From Clostridiales bacterium (GTDB taxonomy: Bacteria; Bacillota; Clostridia; Saccharofermentanales; Saccharofermentanaceae), in assembly GCA_017513085.1 (NCBI GenBank), contig JAFWDK010000021.1:1-23105 (forward strand): 23,105 nucleotides of DNA. Reading direction: 5' to 3'. Below the pieces are notes generated by a model. The model searched no databases. It was not told where the DNA came from and saw nothing but the letters and a program-made list of their open reading frames with translations. The translations under genes were made by a program, and so were the position numbers. Shown piece after piece: positions 7,177-17,480 of the stretch (position 1 is its first letter; the number at the start of each line of letters is the position of its first letter).

Positions 7177-8568
7177 TTACTTCAGAATATCGCGGATCTC
7201 TGTAAACCCGGTGTGTGTCGTGACGATCATGACGGTATCGCCAATCTCAATGGTATCCGAACCGGAAGGAATAATGATCTTTTCTTTTCGGTTGATGAAT
7301 GCTATTAGAAGATTGTCTTTCAGCGAAAGCCTCTTCAGTTCTTGACCGACGACAGGAGAATCTTTAGTGACACGGAATTCAATCGCCTCGGCCTTAGTAT
7401 CGAAAAGGTGATACAAAGTGTCGATATCTGAACTTCTGGATGCACGAAGCGCGCGAGCGTATGCAATAATGGCTTCTGCAGTGATCATCTTCGGATATAT
7501 AACGGAACCGAGATCCAGATCGGAAATGACTTCCGTGAAATTGATGCGGTTGATCTTCGTAATCACTTTGGCGTTGGAAACTTTTTTTGCATAGAGTGTC
7601 AGAAGGACATTTTCCTCATCGATTCCTGTCAACGGAACAAAGCCTTCCATTTCCTGGATGCCTGCGCTTCGAAGTCCTTCTTCGCTGGAGGCGTCACAAT
7701 TTACGATAATGGCGTCCGGCAAAAGGGTGGAAAGTTCCTGACAACGGGACAGAGAGGATTCCAGAATGTGCACATCGATACCTGCATGTAGAAGTTCGTT
7801 AGCAAGGTAGTAGGAAGAAAGACCTCCACCGACGATCATGGTATTTCTAACTTGCTTGGTGTAGATGCCGATATGCTTGAGAAACTTTCTGGCTTCATCG
7901 CGCTTGGCGGCAAAGGAGATCGTATCACCGGTCATCAGGCAAAAATTGCCGGAAGGAATGTATACCTCGCCATTTCTTTCCACGCCGCAGATCAGAATAC
8001 TATTTGTAATATGCTTGCCGAGGTTGGCAACAGTCATCTGATCCAGCATATTGCCTTCGGGGATCTTAAACTTGATCATTTCCGCCTGCCCATGCGCAAA
8101 TGTATTGACCTGCAATGCGGAAGGAAGATAGAGGATGCGAGCCATTTCCCGCGCAGATTCGAGTTCAGGGTTAATGATCATGGCAAGCCCCAGCCTGTCG
8201 CGCAGATAATTGACTTCCTTACTATAGTCAGGAGTGCGGACTCGAGCAATGGCCGCACATTTACTGAACTGTTTGGCTATGGTACAGCAAAGAAGATTCA
8301 GCTCGTCCGAACCGGTCACGGCGATGAGAAGATCGGCATCTTCAATGCCGGCCTCTTGAAGGGTGCTATAGCTCGCACCGTTCCCTTTGATTGCGATGAC
8401 ATCAAACTGTGAATCCAGATCTGAAATCAGACTCTGCTCTTTCTCGATAACGGTAATGTTATTTCCTTCTTTGCTTAATTGCTCGATAAGAGTACGGCCG
8501 ACTTTGCCATTGCCGACTATGATGATTTTCAGGCTTTTGGCATCGGAATGCAGCAAATTTGAAAACAT
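7177..8568 (-). CDS. trkA: Trk potassium uptake NAD-binding subunit
   Basis: Two RCK domains (IIVGNGKVG; MIVGGG), AVTGSDELN, IINPE. Start reassigned to ATG 8568 on AGGAGG RBS at 8575-8580. Confidence 0.95.
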   Translation of the reverse strand: MFSNLLHSDAKSLKIIIVGNGKVGRTLIEQLSKEGNNITVIEKEQSLISDLDSQFDVIAIKGNGASYSTLQEAGIEDADLLIAVTGSDELNLLCCTIAKQFSKCAAIARVRTPDYSKEVNYLRDRLGLAMIINPELESAREMARILYLPSALQVNTFAHGQAEMIKFKIPEGNMLDQMTVANLGKHITNSILICGVERNGEVYIPSGNFCLMTGDTISFAAKRDEARKFLKHIGIYTKQVRNTMIVGGGLSSYYLANELLHAGIDVHILESSLSRCQELSTLLPDAIIVNCDASSEEGLRSAGIQEMEGFVPLTGIDEENVLLTLYAKKVSNAKVITKINRINFTEVISDLDLGSVIYPKMITAEAIIAYARALRASRSSDIDTLYHLFDTKAEAIEFRVTKDSPVVGQELKRLSLKDNLLIAFINRKEKIIIPSGSDTIEIGDTVMIVTTHTGFTEIRDILK

Positions 8569-8688
8569 ATTGTCCCTCCTGAAACTATTACATCCACTAT
8601 ACTTCAAAAGAAAAAACATGTGAATAGAAAATAGGAAAAAGGAAATCATTATGTCCAATGCCCTGTATGTTATGAAAGGATATGGATA

Positions 8689-10062
8689 CTATACCCTGGT
8701 TGCCCAGTCTGGAAATTCTTTGGAAAAAAAGATCTGAGGTAACACGGACAGAAAGTGCATGTCGTGTTCGTTGATCGTAAATCCGAATATGTCCATGTTC
8801 TCCTTCATGCGTTCTTCGTGCGTGCTCTTCGGGATGATCTGGATGCCCGATTGATTCAGGAATCGAAGGAGAAGTTGAGAAACCGGACGGCCATACTGCT
8901 TCGCCATTTTCTGAAGACATGGTTCTTCCGAAAAGTACATCCTTCCCAGCGGACTCCAGGCCTGCGGGAGGATCCCGTTTGCCCGGCAGAAATCCAAGGT
9001 ATACTGTTGCAGATAGCCTACGTGAAGTTCGAGCTGATCGACCATAGGTTTGATCTCACAGTCATCAAGGATCACCTGAAGGTGATGCGGCTGGAAATTG
9101 CAAACGCCGATTGCACGGCATTTGCCTTCCTTATAGAGTTCCTCCATAGCACGCCAGGTGTCGCGGATCGACTGCCGCCACTGGAGATCCTGAGGATTTT
9201 TCTTCGGCCAATGGATCAGATAAAGATCGATATAGTCTGTACGAAGTTTCTCGCAAGATCGCGCAAAAGCTTCTTTGGTCTCTTCGTAGCCCATTTCCGA
9301 AGGCCACATTTTGGTAGCAAGGAAGATATCTTCACGCGGGATGCCGGATTCGGCCAGTGCTTCGCCGATAACTTCTTCATTCTTGTAGAAGGAGGCTGTA
9401 TCGATATAACGGTAACCGACTTCCAAAGCTTTTAAGATAGGTGCTTTTCCATCAGTAAGTGTAGACTTATAGGAACCGTATCCTACAGGCGGGATCTCGA
9501 TTCCATTACTTAACTTGAAGTTTTGAGGTGTGCCGGGCGTGGAGAGACGGTACATGCTGACGGTGCGCTCGGCGCCATCTTCCAGCATATGGTCGAGGCA
9601 GTCTCTTTCATAGACGAACCCGAGTTTTTTCATGACATTCCCGGAAGCGTTGTTTCGGATGTCGTGGCGTCCGCGGAACTGTGTCTGGTGAAGTGTATTT
9701 TTCCCGAAATCGATCATTGCGCGGGCCGCTTCCGTAGCAAGTCCCTTGCCCCACTGTGCTTTGGCAAAGTTATAGCCGATTTCGAACATGCCGTCCTCGT
9801 CGTCATAGTAGATTCCACCGGAACCGATAAGTTTGCCTGTTTCCTTAAGAACGAATCCCCAATCAAAATCCGTATCGCTGTTTTCTTTGGCAACGACAGA
9901 TTTTAGCCATTCTTTCGTTGTCTCGATATTTTTGTGGGCATAGTAGCGCATATATTTTGCTACTTCCGGATCGGAAGCCCATGTATCAAAAGCGGTTTGC
10001 GCGTCGTCTAAAGTCAAGGGGCGAAGGATCAGTCTTTCTGTCTCAATAATCGGGTTTTTCAT
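8689..10062 (-). CDS. Fusion of RimJ/RimL-type GNAT acetyltransferase and aldo/keto reductase
   Basis: N-terminal IETERLILRP...EIGY...WGKGLATEAA...NNASGNVMKKLGF; C-terminal LSNGIEIP, IDTASFY, ATKMW, DLYLIHWP, AIGVCNF, AWSPLG, IPKS. Confidence 0.9.
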   Translation of the reverse strand: MKNPIIETERLILRPLTLDDAQTAFDTWASDPEVAKYMRYYAHKNIETTKEWLKSVVAKENSDTDFDWGFVLKETGKLIGSGGIYYDDEDGMFEIGYNFAKAQWGKGLATEAARAMIDFGKNTLHQTQFRGRHDIRNNASGNVMKKLGFVYERDCLDHMLEDGAERTVSMYRLSTPGTPQNFKLSNGIEIPPVGYGSYKSTLTDGKAPILKALEVGYRYIDTASFYKNEEVIGEALAESGIPREDIFLATKMWPSEMGYEETKEAFARSCEKLRTDYIDLYLIHWPKKNPQDLQWRQSIRDTWRAMEELYKEGKCRAIGVCNFQPHHLQVILDDCEIKPMVDQLELHVGYLQQYTLDFCRANGILPQAWSPLGRMYFSEEPCLQKMAKQYGRPVSQLLLRFLNQSGIQIIPKSTHEERMKENMDIFGFTINEHDMHFLSVLPQIFFSKEFPDWATRV

Positions 10063-10155
10063 AAGAATTCTCCTTAATAATGTTTCTTCTATTATATATG
10101 AAGAAGGAGAGAAGCGAGAATCTATGTAGTATAAAGGAAAAACGGGAATAAATTG

Positions 10156-10185
10156 AAAAAACCCGCTTCTTCAAGAAGAAACGGG
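10156..10185 (-). terminator. Intrinsic terminator after rpmB
   Basis: Minus strand CCCGTTTCTTCTTGAAGAAGCGGG followed by TTTTTT. Confidence 0.7.
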
Positions 10186-10225
10186 ATTATTTTCATCTTA
10201 GCTGATCTGTTTCGGTGACAAGAAC

Positions 10226-10423
10226 TTACGCTCTTTCTACAGCACCGGAACGCAGGCAACGCGTACAAACATGCATAGTCTTAGGGGTGCCATCAACAAC
10301 TACCTTAACGTTACGAACGTTCGGCTGCTGCTGTGTCAACGCACGACGGGAAACCTGTGAACGCGTGATGCTGATCTTTCTGCCGAAATGAGTATCTTTC
10401 TGACAGATCTCACACTTTGCCAT
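10226..10423 (-). CDS. rpmB: 50S ribosomal protein L28 (Zn-binding CxxC form)
   Basis: MAKCEIC...PNV..VKVVVDGTPK...VCTRCLRSG; AGGAGG RBS. Confidence 0.95.
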   Translation of the reverse strand: MAKCEICQKDTHFGRKISITRSQVSRRALTQQQPNVRNVKVVVDGTPKTMHVCTRCLRSGAVERA

Positions 10424-10477
10424 GTAAACACCTCCTATGTGCTACTAAATACGCGACCTAAATTACGCGCAGACAAA

Positions 10478-10506
10478 ATGATAACACAATTACTTCTCTT
10501 GTGCAA
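10478..10506 (-). promoter_or_regulatory. Predicted rpmB promoter
   Basis: Minus strand TTGCAC-17 nt-TATCAT with extended TG; the -35 lies inside the last codons of rnfB. Confidence 0.6.
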
Positions 10507-11350
10507 GAGATTCTGAGTGATTATCTTGTTTTTTTGGTTCACCTCGTAAAAAAGCGATCGCATGGGTCGGACATCCGTTTACACATGCATCGCAATGAAT
10601 GCACTTGCTCTGGTCAATGACGGCCAGGGATTCTCTCATGGAAATGGCGCCCTGCGGACAGGAACGGACACACTTCTGACACCCGATACATCCGATGCTG
10701 CAGTTCTTTCGCGTCCTGGCGCCCGGCCATTCATTCTGGCAACGGACCGCAACAGTTGCAGTGATCGGCATCAGCTCGATCAGTTTTTTCGGACAGACTT
10801 TTACGCATTGACCACAACCGTGACAGAGCGCACGATCGATCTTACATATGCCATCCTTGATGGTTATTGCTCCAAAAGCACAGGCCGCTACACAGTCGCC
10901 GAAACCGAGACAACCGAATGTGCAGGAATTCGGTCCTCCGAGAAGGCCGGAGGCCGCATGACAACTGCTGGTGCCAAGATATACATATCTTTTGCTGGTT
11001 TGCTCGCAAGTACCCTGACAACGTGGTACAGCGACCTTTTTCTCCGGAATGGCTGCTTCAGTGCCCAGGATCGACGCGATCTCGCGAGCACAGTCCACGC
11101 CACCAACGGCGCATAATGCTGTATTGGCGCCTGGCTTGGTCAGGTAATCCGCGTAGCCTTCACATCCTGCAAATCCGCAACCACCGCAATTAGCGCCCGG
11201 CAAAGCTTCCAGGATCTTTTCCTTGGTCTCGTTCTTTTCCACGGCAAAAACTCTCGAAACGATTACGATAAGAATGCCCAGAAGAAGAGCGATGCCCAGC
11301 ATGATTCCGGTAGGTATTAATATATCGACAAGAGATTGTGGCATACTCAT
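10490..11350 (-). CDS. rnfB: Rnf electron transport complex subunit B
   Basis: N-terminal TM; LPGANCGGCGFAGC; CTFGCLGFGDC; several CxxCxxCxxxCP ferredoxin motifs. Confidence 0.95.
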   Translation of the reverse strand: MSMPQSLVDILIPTGIMLGIALLLGILIVIVSRVFAVEKNETKEKILEALPGANCGGCGFAGCEGYADYLTKPGANTALCAVGGVDCAREIASILGTEAAIPEKKVAVPRCQGTCEQTSKRYVYLGTSSCHAASGLLGGPNSCTFGCLGFGDCVAACAFGAITIKDGICKIDRALCHGCGQCVKVCPKKLIELMPITATVAVRCQNEWPGARTRKNCSIGCIGCQKCVRSCPQGAISMRESLAVIDQSKCIHCDACVNGCPTHAIAFLRGEPKKQDNHSESLAQEK

Positions 11351-11946
11351 TAACCTCCGAACAGATTCTCAACAAGACCCTTGAAACCAAGGAAAGAAAC
11401 AGCAACCAGGGAGGCCGAGATCAAAGTGATCGGAAGTCCTCTCAGAGCTTCCGGGACATCGGCTTTATCGATCCTCGAGCGCACACCGGAGAAAAGGAAC
11501 AGGGAAAGGGTGAAGCCGATACCGGCGCCCAACGCATTGACCATGGACTCCATAAACGTGTAGTTCGAGTTGATATTCAGGATCGTAACACCCAGTACGG
11601 CGCAGTTTGTAGTGATCAAAGGAAGATAAATGCCCAGCGCTTTGTGAAGCGGAGGCATGGATTTTTTCATGATCATCTCGATCATCTGGACCAATGCCGC
11701 AATTACAAGGATAAATACAAGAGTCTGAAGATATCCAAGCTTCAGCGGATTTAAAAGGAAATGCTGGATCGGCCATGTGATGGCAGAGGCTACCAGCATG
11801 ACGCACACTACAGCTCCGGACATGCCCATGGCTGTTTTCAGATTCTTCGACACACCCAGGAAGGAACAGATTCCCATAAACTTCGAAAGAACGAAGTTAT
11901 CGACAAGGATGGCAGAGAAGATAATGATCAGAAAGGTATTGCTCAT
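11350..11946 (-). CDS. rnfA: Rnf complex subunit A
   Basis: NFVLSKFMGIC, LGIYLPLITTNCAVLG. Confidence 0.95.
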   Translation of the reverse strand: MSNTFLIIIFSAILVDNFVLSKFMGICSFLGVSKNLKTAMGMSGAVVCVMLVASAITWPIQHFLLNPLKLGYLQTLVFILVIAALVQMIEMIMKKSMPPLHKALGIYLPLITTNCAVLGVTILNINSNYTFMESMVNALGAGIGFTLSLFLFSGVRSRIDKADVPEALRGLPITLISASLVAVSFLGFKGLVENLFGG

Positions 11947-12719
11947 TTGTCATCCCCCTTTCCCTTGCACAGATTGCATCCGGCACAAGCAAGGCAATCG
12001 CTGGAACTGCTCGTACCGCATGGCGAAGGTTCTTTGCCGGAAGAATGCTTCTCCTGTTTTTTCATGAGGAGCTGAACGATGCAGATGCAGATGCCGAAAA
12101 CGAAGAACCCTCCCGGAGGAAGCATGAAGAACATCATGGGCTCAATAACTGTCCCGAAAAGCGGAACCTTCATATCGAAAAAAGTACCGCATCCGAGGAT
12201 CTCACGGATCGTACCCATCATGAGCAGCGCGAGTGTAAAACCGGTACCCATGGAAAACCCATCCAGAATGCTCGGCAGGATCTTCTGCTTACTGGCGAAA
12301 GTTTCCGCTCTGGCCAGAAGGATACAGTTTACTACGATCAAAGGAATATATATGCCCAAAGATTCATTGAGCGCCGGGAAATAAGCGGAGATCAGCATCT
12401 GTACGATCGTTACGAATGTGGCAATGATCGTGATAAATGCCGGGATACGTACCTTGTTCGGGATGACGTTCCGAAGCAGGGAAATAATGGCTTCTGACGC
12501 TGTCAGCACGAAAAGCACTGCCAGCCCCATAAAGAGCGATGACTTGGCGGAGATCGTGACCGCCAGAAGCGGACATGTGCCGAGTACCAATCGAAGAGCC
12601 GGATTCTCAAATAGAACACCGTTCAGGAAGATGTACTTCGGAGTATACTTGCTTTTCTTTTCAGCCAGACGTTCATCCGGAGACCGGTAAGTGACGTCTT
12701 TCATCTTATTTTCACTCAT
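11943..12719 (-). CDS. rnfE: Rnf complex subunit E
   Basis: ENPALRLVLGTCPLLAVT, IPLIVVNC, REILG, LPPGGF. Start reassigned to ATG 12719, overlapping the rnfG stop. Confidence 0.95.
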   Translation of the reverse strand: MSENKMKDVTYRSPDERLAEKKSKYTPKYIFLNGVLFENPALRLVLGTCPLLAVTISAKSSLFMGLAVLFVLTASEAIISLLRNVIPNKVRIPAFITIIATFVTIVQMLISAYFPALNESLGIYIPLIVVNCILLARAETFASKQKILPSILDGFSMGTGFTLALLMMGTIREILGCGTFFDMKVPLFGTVIEPMMFFMLPPGGFFVFGICICIVQLLMKKQEKHSSGKEPSPCGTSSSSDCLACAGCNLCKGKGDDK

Positions 12720-13300
12720 GCGATCAATCCTTTCTCCACAAATACCCGGTAAGCGGAACGGGCCCTGTTCACGCACGCTGTGGCCGCACGTGAAGAGATG
12801 GTGGCGCCGGAAACGGCAGCCACGTCCTGATTTAAGATGATCTCGGATTCTGTGGAAAGTCCGGTAAATCCATCAAGGAACGGACGTCCTTCGACTTCTT
12901 TGCCGAGCTTCGGTGTATCTGAAGCAGCGGTGGCAATGACCATGATGATCTTGCCTTTACTGTCTATCCCCGTAGTGGTGACGATGTTGCCGGCATATCC
13001 GAATCCTGTGTTGACAAAGATGTAGCCAAGGGCGTCGCCGGTAGCGGAATAGGCCACAAAGGCTTCATCCGGATCGATGCCCTGCGACTTCAGTTCATTG
13101 CGGATGCTGTCCGAATACTGTAACGGCTCAAACGAACGCGCATCCGGAAAAATCGTCAACTTGCGCTCCTGAGCAGCGGCTTTTTCCTGATCAGCGATCT
13201 TATCCTTGGTGAGGGCATAGGTGCCGGCCAGAAGGAAAACGCAGATGGAACAGATCAAAGCCAGAACGATGGCAGGAAGAAAACCCTTAAGCTTTTGCAT
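12716..13300 (-). CDS. rnfG: Rnf complex subunit G
   Basis: N-terminal anchor; GYAG; FMN-attachment motif VSGATISS. Confidence 0.93.
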   Translation of the reverse strand: MQKLKGFLPAIVLALICSICVFLLAGTYALTKDKIADQEKAAAQERKLTIFPDARSFEPLQYSDSIRNELKSQGIDPDEAFVAYSATGDALGYIFVNTGFGYAGNIVTTTGIDSKGKIIMVIATAASDTPKLGKEVEGRPFLDGFTGLSTESEIILNQDVAAVSGATISSRAATACVNRARSAYRVFVEKGLIA

Positions 13301-14300
13301 TTTCTTTCACCTCCCCGAACGGCTTGCCCATCGTCCAATCATCGATATGAGGAGTCAGGATATTCATAAGGATAATGGAGAAGGAGACACCCTCAGCCAT
13401 ATTTCCGTAATAGCGGATCAGAAAAGTCAGGACACCGCAGCCAAAACCGAAAAGCAGTTTTCCTTTTACGGTAAGCGGTGAGGTGACATAGTCGGTCGCC
13501 ATGAAGATCGCACCCAGCACCAGACCACCGGAGCAGAGCATATAGCAGGCTTCGTAGAAAAGATCGGTCCATGCCTGTAAAGTGGTATAGTCACCGGAAG
13601 GTGCATGAAGCAGATTCGTATGTCCGAATAAAAGAACAAGGATCAGAAAAGTCCCGATATATGCAGCAGGGATCCAGGGACGGATGACATGACGGATCAA
13701 TAAGTAAAGACCACCGATCAGAAGGGCCAGGATACAGACTTCTCCGATACAGCCGGCTTTATTTCCGATAAACAGATCCCACAAGGAAGGCGCTTCTTTA
13801 GTTCCTACCATGGTGAGCGGTGTAGCAGAAGAAACGGCATCTACGGATTTCATACTGAACCAGGAACCGGTGTGGAGTGTCCAGGAAGTCATTGCTTTCG
13901 GAAAAGCGATGACCAGGAAGATACGCGCAGCGATGGCGGGATTTACGAAATTGTTTCCTATACCGCCGAACATCTGCTTGACGACGACGATGGCAAAACA
14001 TGCTCCGATGATGACCATATAAAAAGGTATCGTTACCGGAAGGTTCATGGCAAGGAGAAGACCTGTCACTGCGGCGGAAAGATCTGTAATAGTATTGTTC
14101 CGCTTCATGATCTTCCGGCAGATGTATTCAAAGCCGATACAGGAAACGATGGAAAGAAGTGTAACAAACACCGCTCTTACACCAAAGTAATACCAACCCG
14201 CAAAAGTTGCCGGCAAAAGCGCAATGATCACATCACGCATGATGGAGCTTGTAGTCGCTTTGTCCCGGACGTGCGGGGAATGAGAAACTTGAAGTTTCAT
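13287..14300 (-). CDS. rnfD: Rnf complex subunit D
   Basis: SPHVR, KQMFGGIGNNFVNPA, FMN site VSSATPL, FMATDYVTSP. Start reassigned to ATG 14300 with AGGAGG RBS. Confidence 0.95.
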   Translation of the reverse strand: MKLQVSHSPHVRDKATTSSIMRDVIIALLPATFAGWYYFGVRAVFVTLLSIVSCIGFEYICRKIMKRNNTITDLSAAVTGLLLAMNLPVTIPFYMVIIGACFAIVVVKQMFGGIGNNFVNPAIAARIFLVIAFPKAMTSWTLHTGSWFSMKSVDAVSSATPLTMVGTKEAPSLWDLFIGNKAGCIGEVCILALLIGGLYLLIRHVIRPWIPAAYIGTFLILVLLFGHTNLLHAPSGDYTTLQAWTDLFYEACYMLCSGGLVLGAIFMATDYVTSPLTVKGKLLFGFGCGVLTFLIRYYGNMAEGVSFSIILMNILTPHIDDWTMGKPFGEVKENAKA

Positions 14301-15688
14301 GATGGAGCAGAACCTCCTTTTTGTTCGGATGAGGCACGAAGCGCTTCTTCCTGTTTCGCGCGGGCACGCTCGGCACGGACCATGACCTTGCCGTTCTTGA
14401 TGCTCTGTGTCAGGAATCGCTTGGAGGGACATGCATAGGTGCAACAACCACACTCGATGCAGTCCATAACATGATACTTTTCCAGCATAGCCGGATCGCG
14501 CAGACGGGAAGCTTTGTCAATGCCGCAAGGGATCAGATCCATCGGACAAGACGCGACGCAACGTGCGCAACGGATACAAGGAGATTCAGGAGGAAGTGTC
14601 GTTTCTTCACTTCCGAAGACCAGGATAGCATTATTCGCTTTGATAATACCATGGTCGATACGGTCAAGAGCCACGCCCATCATAGCACCACCCATGATGA
14701 TCTTTTTAGGCTCTTCGCGTGTGCCGCCCGCTGCTGCAATAATATCCTGAATACGTGCACCGATCGGCACGATAAAGTTTCCGGGAGTATTGAGTGCGCT
14801 ACCGTCAAGTGTCATACGCTTTCTTGTCAGCGGGACTCCCTCTTTCAAATACAGACCGATAAAACGAAGCGTACTGACATTCATGACCAGCGTATGCACA
14901 TCGATCGGGAGTTTTCCCGGAGGTACTTTTCTACCGGTCAAGGTGTAGATCAGCATCTTCTCCGCGCCTTGCGGATAAATCGTTTTCAGTGTACGCACTT
15001 CAATGTCAGGATGTCTTCCTGTTTTGAAAACACGCTTCTTCAGTTCGTGCGAGAAAATACGTGTAACAAGCGGCTTGTTGTCCTCGACGCCGATGATGGT
15101 CTTCGGGATCTCCAGCCACTTCATGACTTCAATAATGCCGTCAATGATATCATCCGGATGTTCACAGATCTGACGATAATCAGCTGTGATATATGGCTCA
15201 CATTCTGCTGCATTGACGATAAGGGTATCCGGCATCTTGTTTTTCGGCGGATTCAGTTTAATGTATGTCGGAAAAGCAGCGCCGCCTAAACCGACAAGAC
15301 CGGAATCACGGATCATCTGAATAAAGTCTTCGAATGACTCGATCTTCGGAGGCCGGCAAAACGGGTTGATGGAATGTTTAAAGTCGGACTCGATCCGGAC
15401 AGCTTCTACCGGCGCACCATTGGCAGATACAACATAGTGGACTTCTTTGACGGTTCCGGAAATACTTGAATGGATCGGCACGGACATAGGTTTATCGGCA
15501 CGCCCGACAAGGGTGCCCACATCCACATGATCACCGGGTTTCACAACACAGGTGCAAGGCGGACCGATGTGCTGTTGCATCAGCAGCTCCACCTCGGGAA
15601 AACCGTGCAGATGAATGGAAGGTAGAACGTCGGTGTTTTTATTTCCGAGAGGATGCACACCTCCGGCAAAAGCATGTAACGAACGCAT
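14297..15688 (-). CDS. rnfC: Rnf complex subunit C
   Basis: GGVHP, QHIG, GLVGLGGAAFPT, NAAECEPYITAD, YPQGAEK, CIRCARCVASCP, CIECGCCTYACP. ATG 15688 preferred over TTG 15712. Confidence 0.95.
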   Translation of the reverse strand: MRSLHAFAGGVHPLGNKNTDVLPSIHLHGFPEVELLMQQHIGPPCTCVVKPGDHVDVGTLVGRADKPMSVPIHSSISGTVKEVHYVVSANGAPVEAVRIESDFKHSINPFCRPPKIESFEDFIQMIRDSGLVGLGGAAFPTYIKLNPPKNKMPDTLIVNAAECEPYITADYRQICEHPDDIIDGIIEVMKWLEIPKTIIGVEDNKPLVTRIFSHELKKRVFKTGRHPDIEVRTLKTIYPQGAEKMLIYTLTGRKVPPGKLPIDVHTLVMNVSTLRFIGLYLKEGVPLTRKRMTLDGSALNTPGNFIVPIGARIQDIIAAAGGTREEPKKIIMGGAMMGVALDRIDHGIIKANNAILVFGSEETTLPPESPCIRCARCVASCPMDLIPCGIDKASRLRDPAMLEKYHVMDCIECGCCTYACPSKRFLTQSIKNGKVMVRAERARAKQEEALRASSEQKGGSAPS

Positions 15689-15816
15689 ATTGCAGAATCC
15701 TGCTTTCCCCAAGTCTCATATAACCATATTAACACAAATTAAGAAAAAGTGACGAAATGATTTTCATTTCACCAAGATATCTTTTTTGCTACAAGAACTG
15801 AAGAAAAAGTGGACAT

Positions 15817-15847
15817 AAAAAACCTCTCCTCGTGAAAGAGGAGAGGT
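15817..15847 (-). terminator. Intrinsic terminator after the glycoside hydrolase gene
   Basis: Perfect 10-bp stem ACCTCTCCTC/GAGGAGAGGT with a T-run on the minus strand. Confidence 0.85.
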
Positions 15848-15863
15848 GGAAAACCAACATTGA

Positions 15864-17270
15864 TCAGTTATATTTTCCTGAATAGTCTGCGGATGCATTC
15901 CAAAGGATCCACTCGCTGTATCCGGCATCCTGAATAGCCTTGATCTGAGCCTTGACCGGTTCCGGATTATTCTTATAACTGAGGTATTTTCCTTCGCCGA
16001 GATAACTGGCCGTGAAAGCCTGCACATACGGACGTACAACAGCAAAACCACTCTGGTCGGCTTCATCTTTACCCATAATCAGAGCATTGTACATGATCTC
16101 ATAAGGATAAAGATCCGGCTTATCAAAATTCTTGCCGTTCAGAACCGTATTGGTAGCATAGTGCGACGGGTAAACCATCGGGCAAACTGCATCGACACCG
16201 GTAAGTCCGATGGTACTCCAGCCTTGACCGATCAACTTACCATCAAGCTCACTGGAAAGAATAATACCGAATACGTCAGCTGTCAGCGGGATGCCGTAAG
16301 TATCCTGCACACGACGGCGTGCAGTCTGCAGGAAACGGTTGATCGCATCAATACGAGTAGGCGTGGAATCCTCCGGTCCGAAATACGGTTTTTCACCACT
16401 CTTCGTACTGATCGTCGGGAAACGTACATAGTCGAACTGAATCTCGTCAACACCTTTGTTGATGGCTTCAACGGCCAGATCGATGAGGAAGTCCCAGACT
16501 TTGGAATCATAAGGATTGGCGAACTGATGATACTTCTCCAGCTTAAACTTCATTGAATTGCCGCTCTCGTCCTTGATGCTCATCTCAGGATGGTTATGCG
16601 CCAAAGACAGATCGTTAAAGCATACGATGCGGCCGATTACCGTGATGCCGGCCTCGTGACACTTCTGCACTACGTTTTCGAGATTATAAAGGGACTGGAC
16701 GTAATTGCCCATATCTTTCCAGGTTTCATTGCCGTCCGAATCTCGCTTGTAACTCCAAAGCTTCATGGACTTGGCAAACTCGTTATCACTGTTGAAAAGC
16801 ACTCCGTTAGTCTCATCTTTCAGATCGATAACGAAAGCATTGATATCGGTCTTCTTGGCTAATTCTATATTGGCATCCAGCTTGGCGGCTGCGGCACAGT
16901 AGATTCCGCGAACGTCATGGTGAGTCGCGGTCTTGACTTCGGCTACATCCGGAAGTGGTCCCCAATAGTCATTGGAAAGGTTGTTGTCAGCAAGAAGTTC
17001 CTTGATCGTAGCGGCGGGCAACGTTGTTTCGGTTGTGGCTTCAGTAGTCTCGGAAGTAGATGCCTCCGATGTATCTGCCACGGATGTGATCGATGAAATG
17101 ACAGGTACCTTCGTTGATTTGGATGACGTAGCGTTCTTCACGATCAAAACGATAACACAGACGACATCAACAACAAACATGATCAGGCACAGAGCGAAAA
17201 GAGCAAAAATTACTTTTTGCATAAGACGGATCTGGGCTCTCTTTTTTGCTTTACTAGTTGAAGTTCCCAT
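15864..17270 (-). CDS. Membrane-anchored putative glycoside hydrolase (DUF4015-like)
   Basis: N-terminal TM, Ser/Thr-rich linker, then VRGIY, NAFVIDLKD, RIVCFND, DEIQFDYVRFP, PMVYPSHY, RPYVQAF and WILWN. Confidence 0.85.
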   Translation of the reverse strand: MGTSTSKAKKRAQIRLMQKVIFALFALCLIMFVVDVVCVIVLIVKNATSSKSTKVPVISSITSVADTSEASTSETTEATTETTLPAATIKELLADNNLSNDYWGPLPDVAEVKTATHHDVRGIYCAAAAKLDANIELAKKTDINAFVIDLKDETNGVLFNSDNEFAKSMKLWSYKRDSDGNETWKDMGNYVQSLYNLENVVQKCHEAGITVIGRIVCFNDLSLAHNHPEMSIKDESGNSMKFKLEKYHQFANPYDSKVWDFLIDLAVEAINKGVDEIQFDYVRFPTISTKSGEKPYFGPEDSTPTRIDAINRFLQTARRRVQDTYGIPLTADVFGIILSSELDGKLIGQGWSTIGLTGVDAVCPMVYPSHYATNTVLNGKNFDKPDLYPYEIMYNALIMGKDEADQSGFAVVRPYVQAFTASYLGEGKYLSYKNNPEPVKAQIKAIQDAGYSEWILWNASADYSGKYN

Positions 17271-17305
17271 ATATTTTCCTCTCTAATATATCTTACGACG
17301 GAATC

Positions 17306-17334
17306 ATTATATCGATTCTGCAACCACGATGCAA
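17306..17334 (-). promoter_or_regulatory. Predicted promoter of the glycoside hydrolase gene
   Basis: Minus strand TTGCAT-17 nt-TATAAT. Confidence 0.7.
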
Positions 17335-17416
17335 GAATGTGAGAAAACGCTTATATTACATGGATATTTCAACTGTTACACGATGCTGAAACAGGCTGTT
17401 TGAGCGTTCCGGTTCG

Positions 17417-17446
17417 TTGCGTGAAAACAGTAAGTCATGATAAAAT
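17417..17446 (+). promoter_or_regulatory. Predicted promoter of NUDIX-yigZ
   Basis: TTGCGT-18 nt-TAAAAT with extended TG. Confidence 0.55.
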
Positions 17447-17480
17447 TATAAAAAATCTGACACAGGGTGAGGTGATTATC

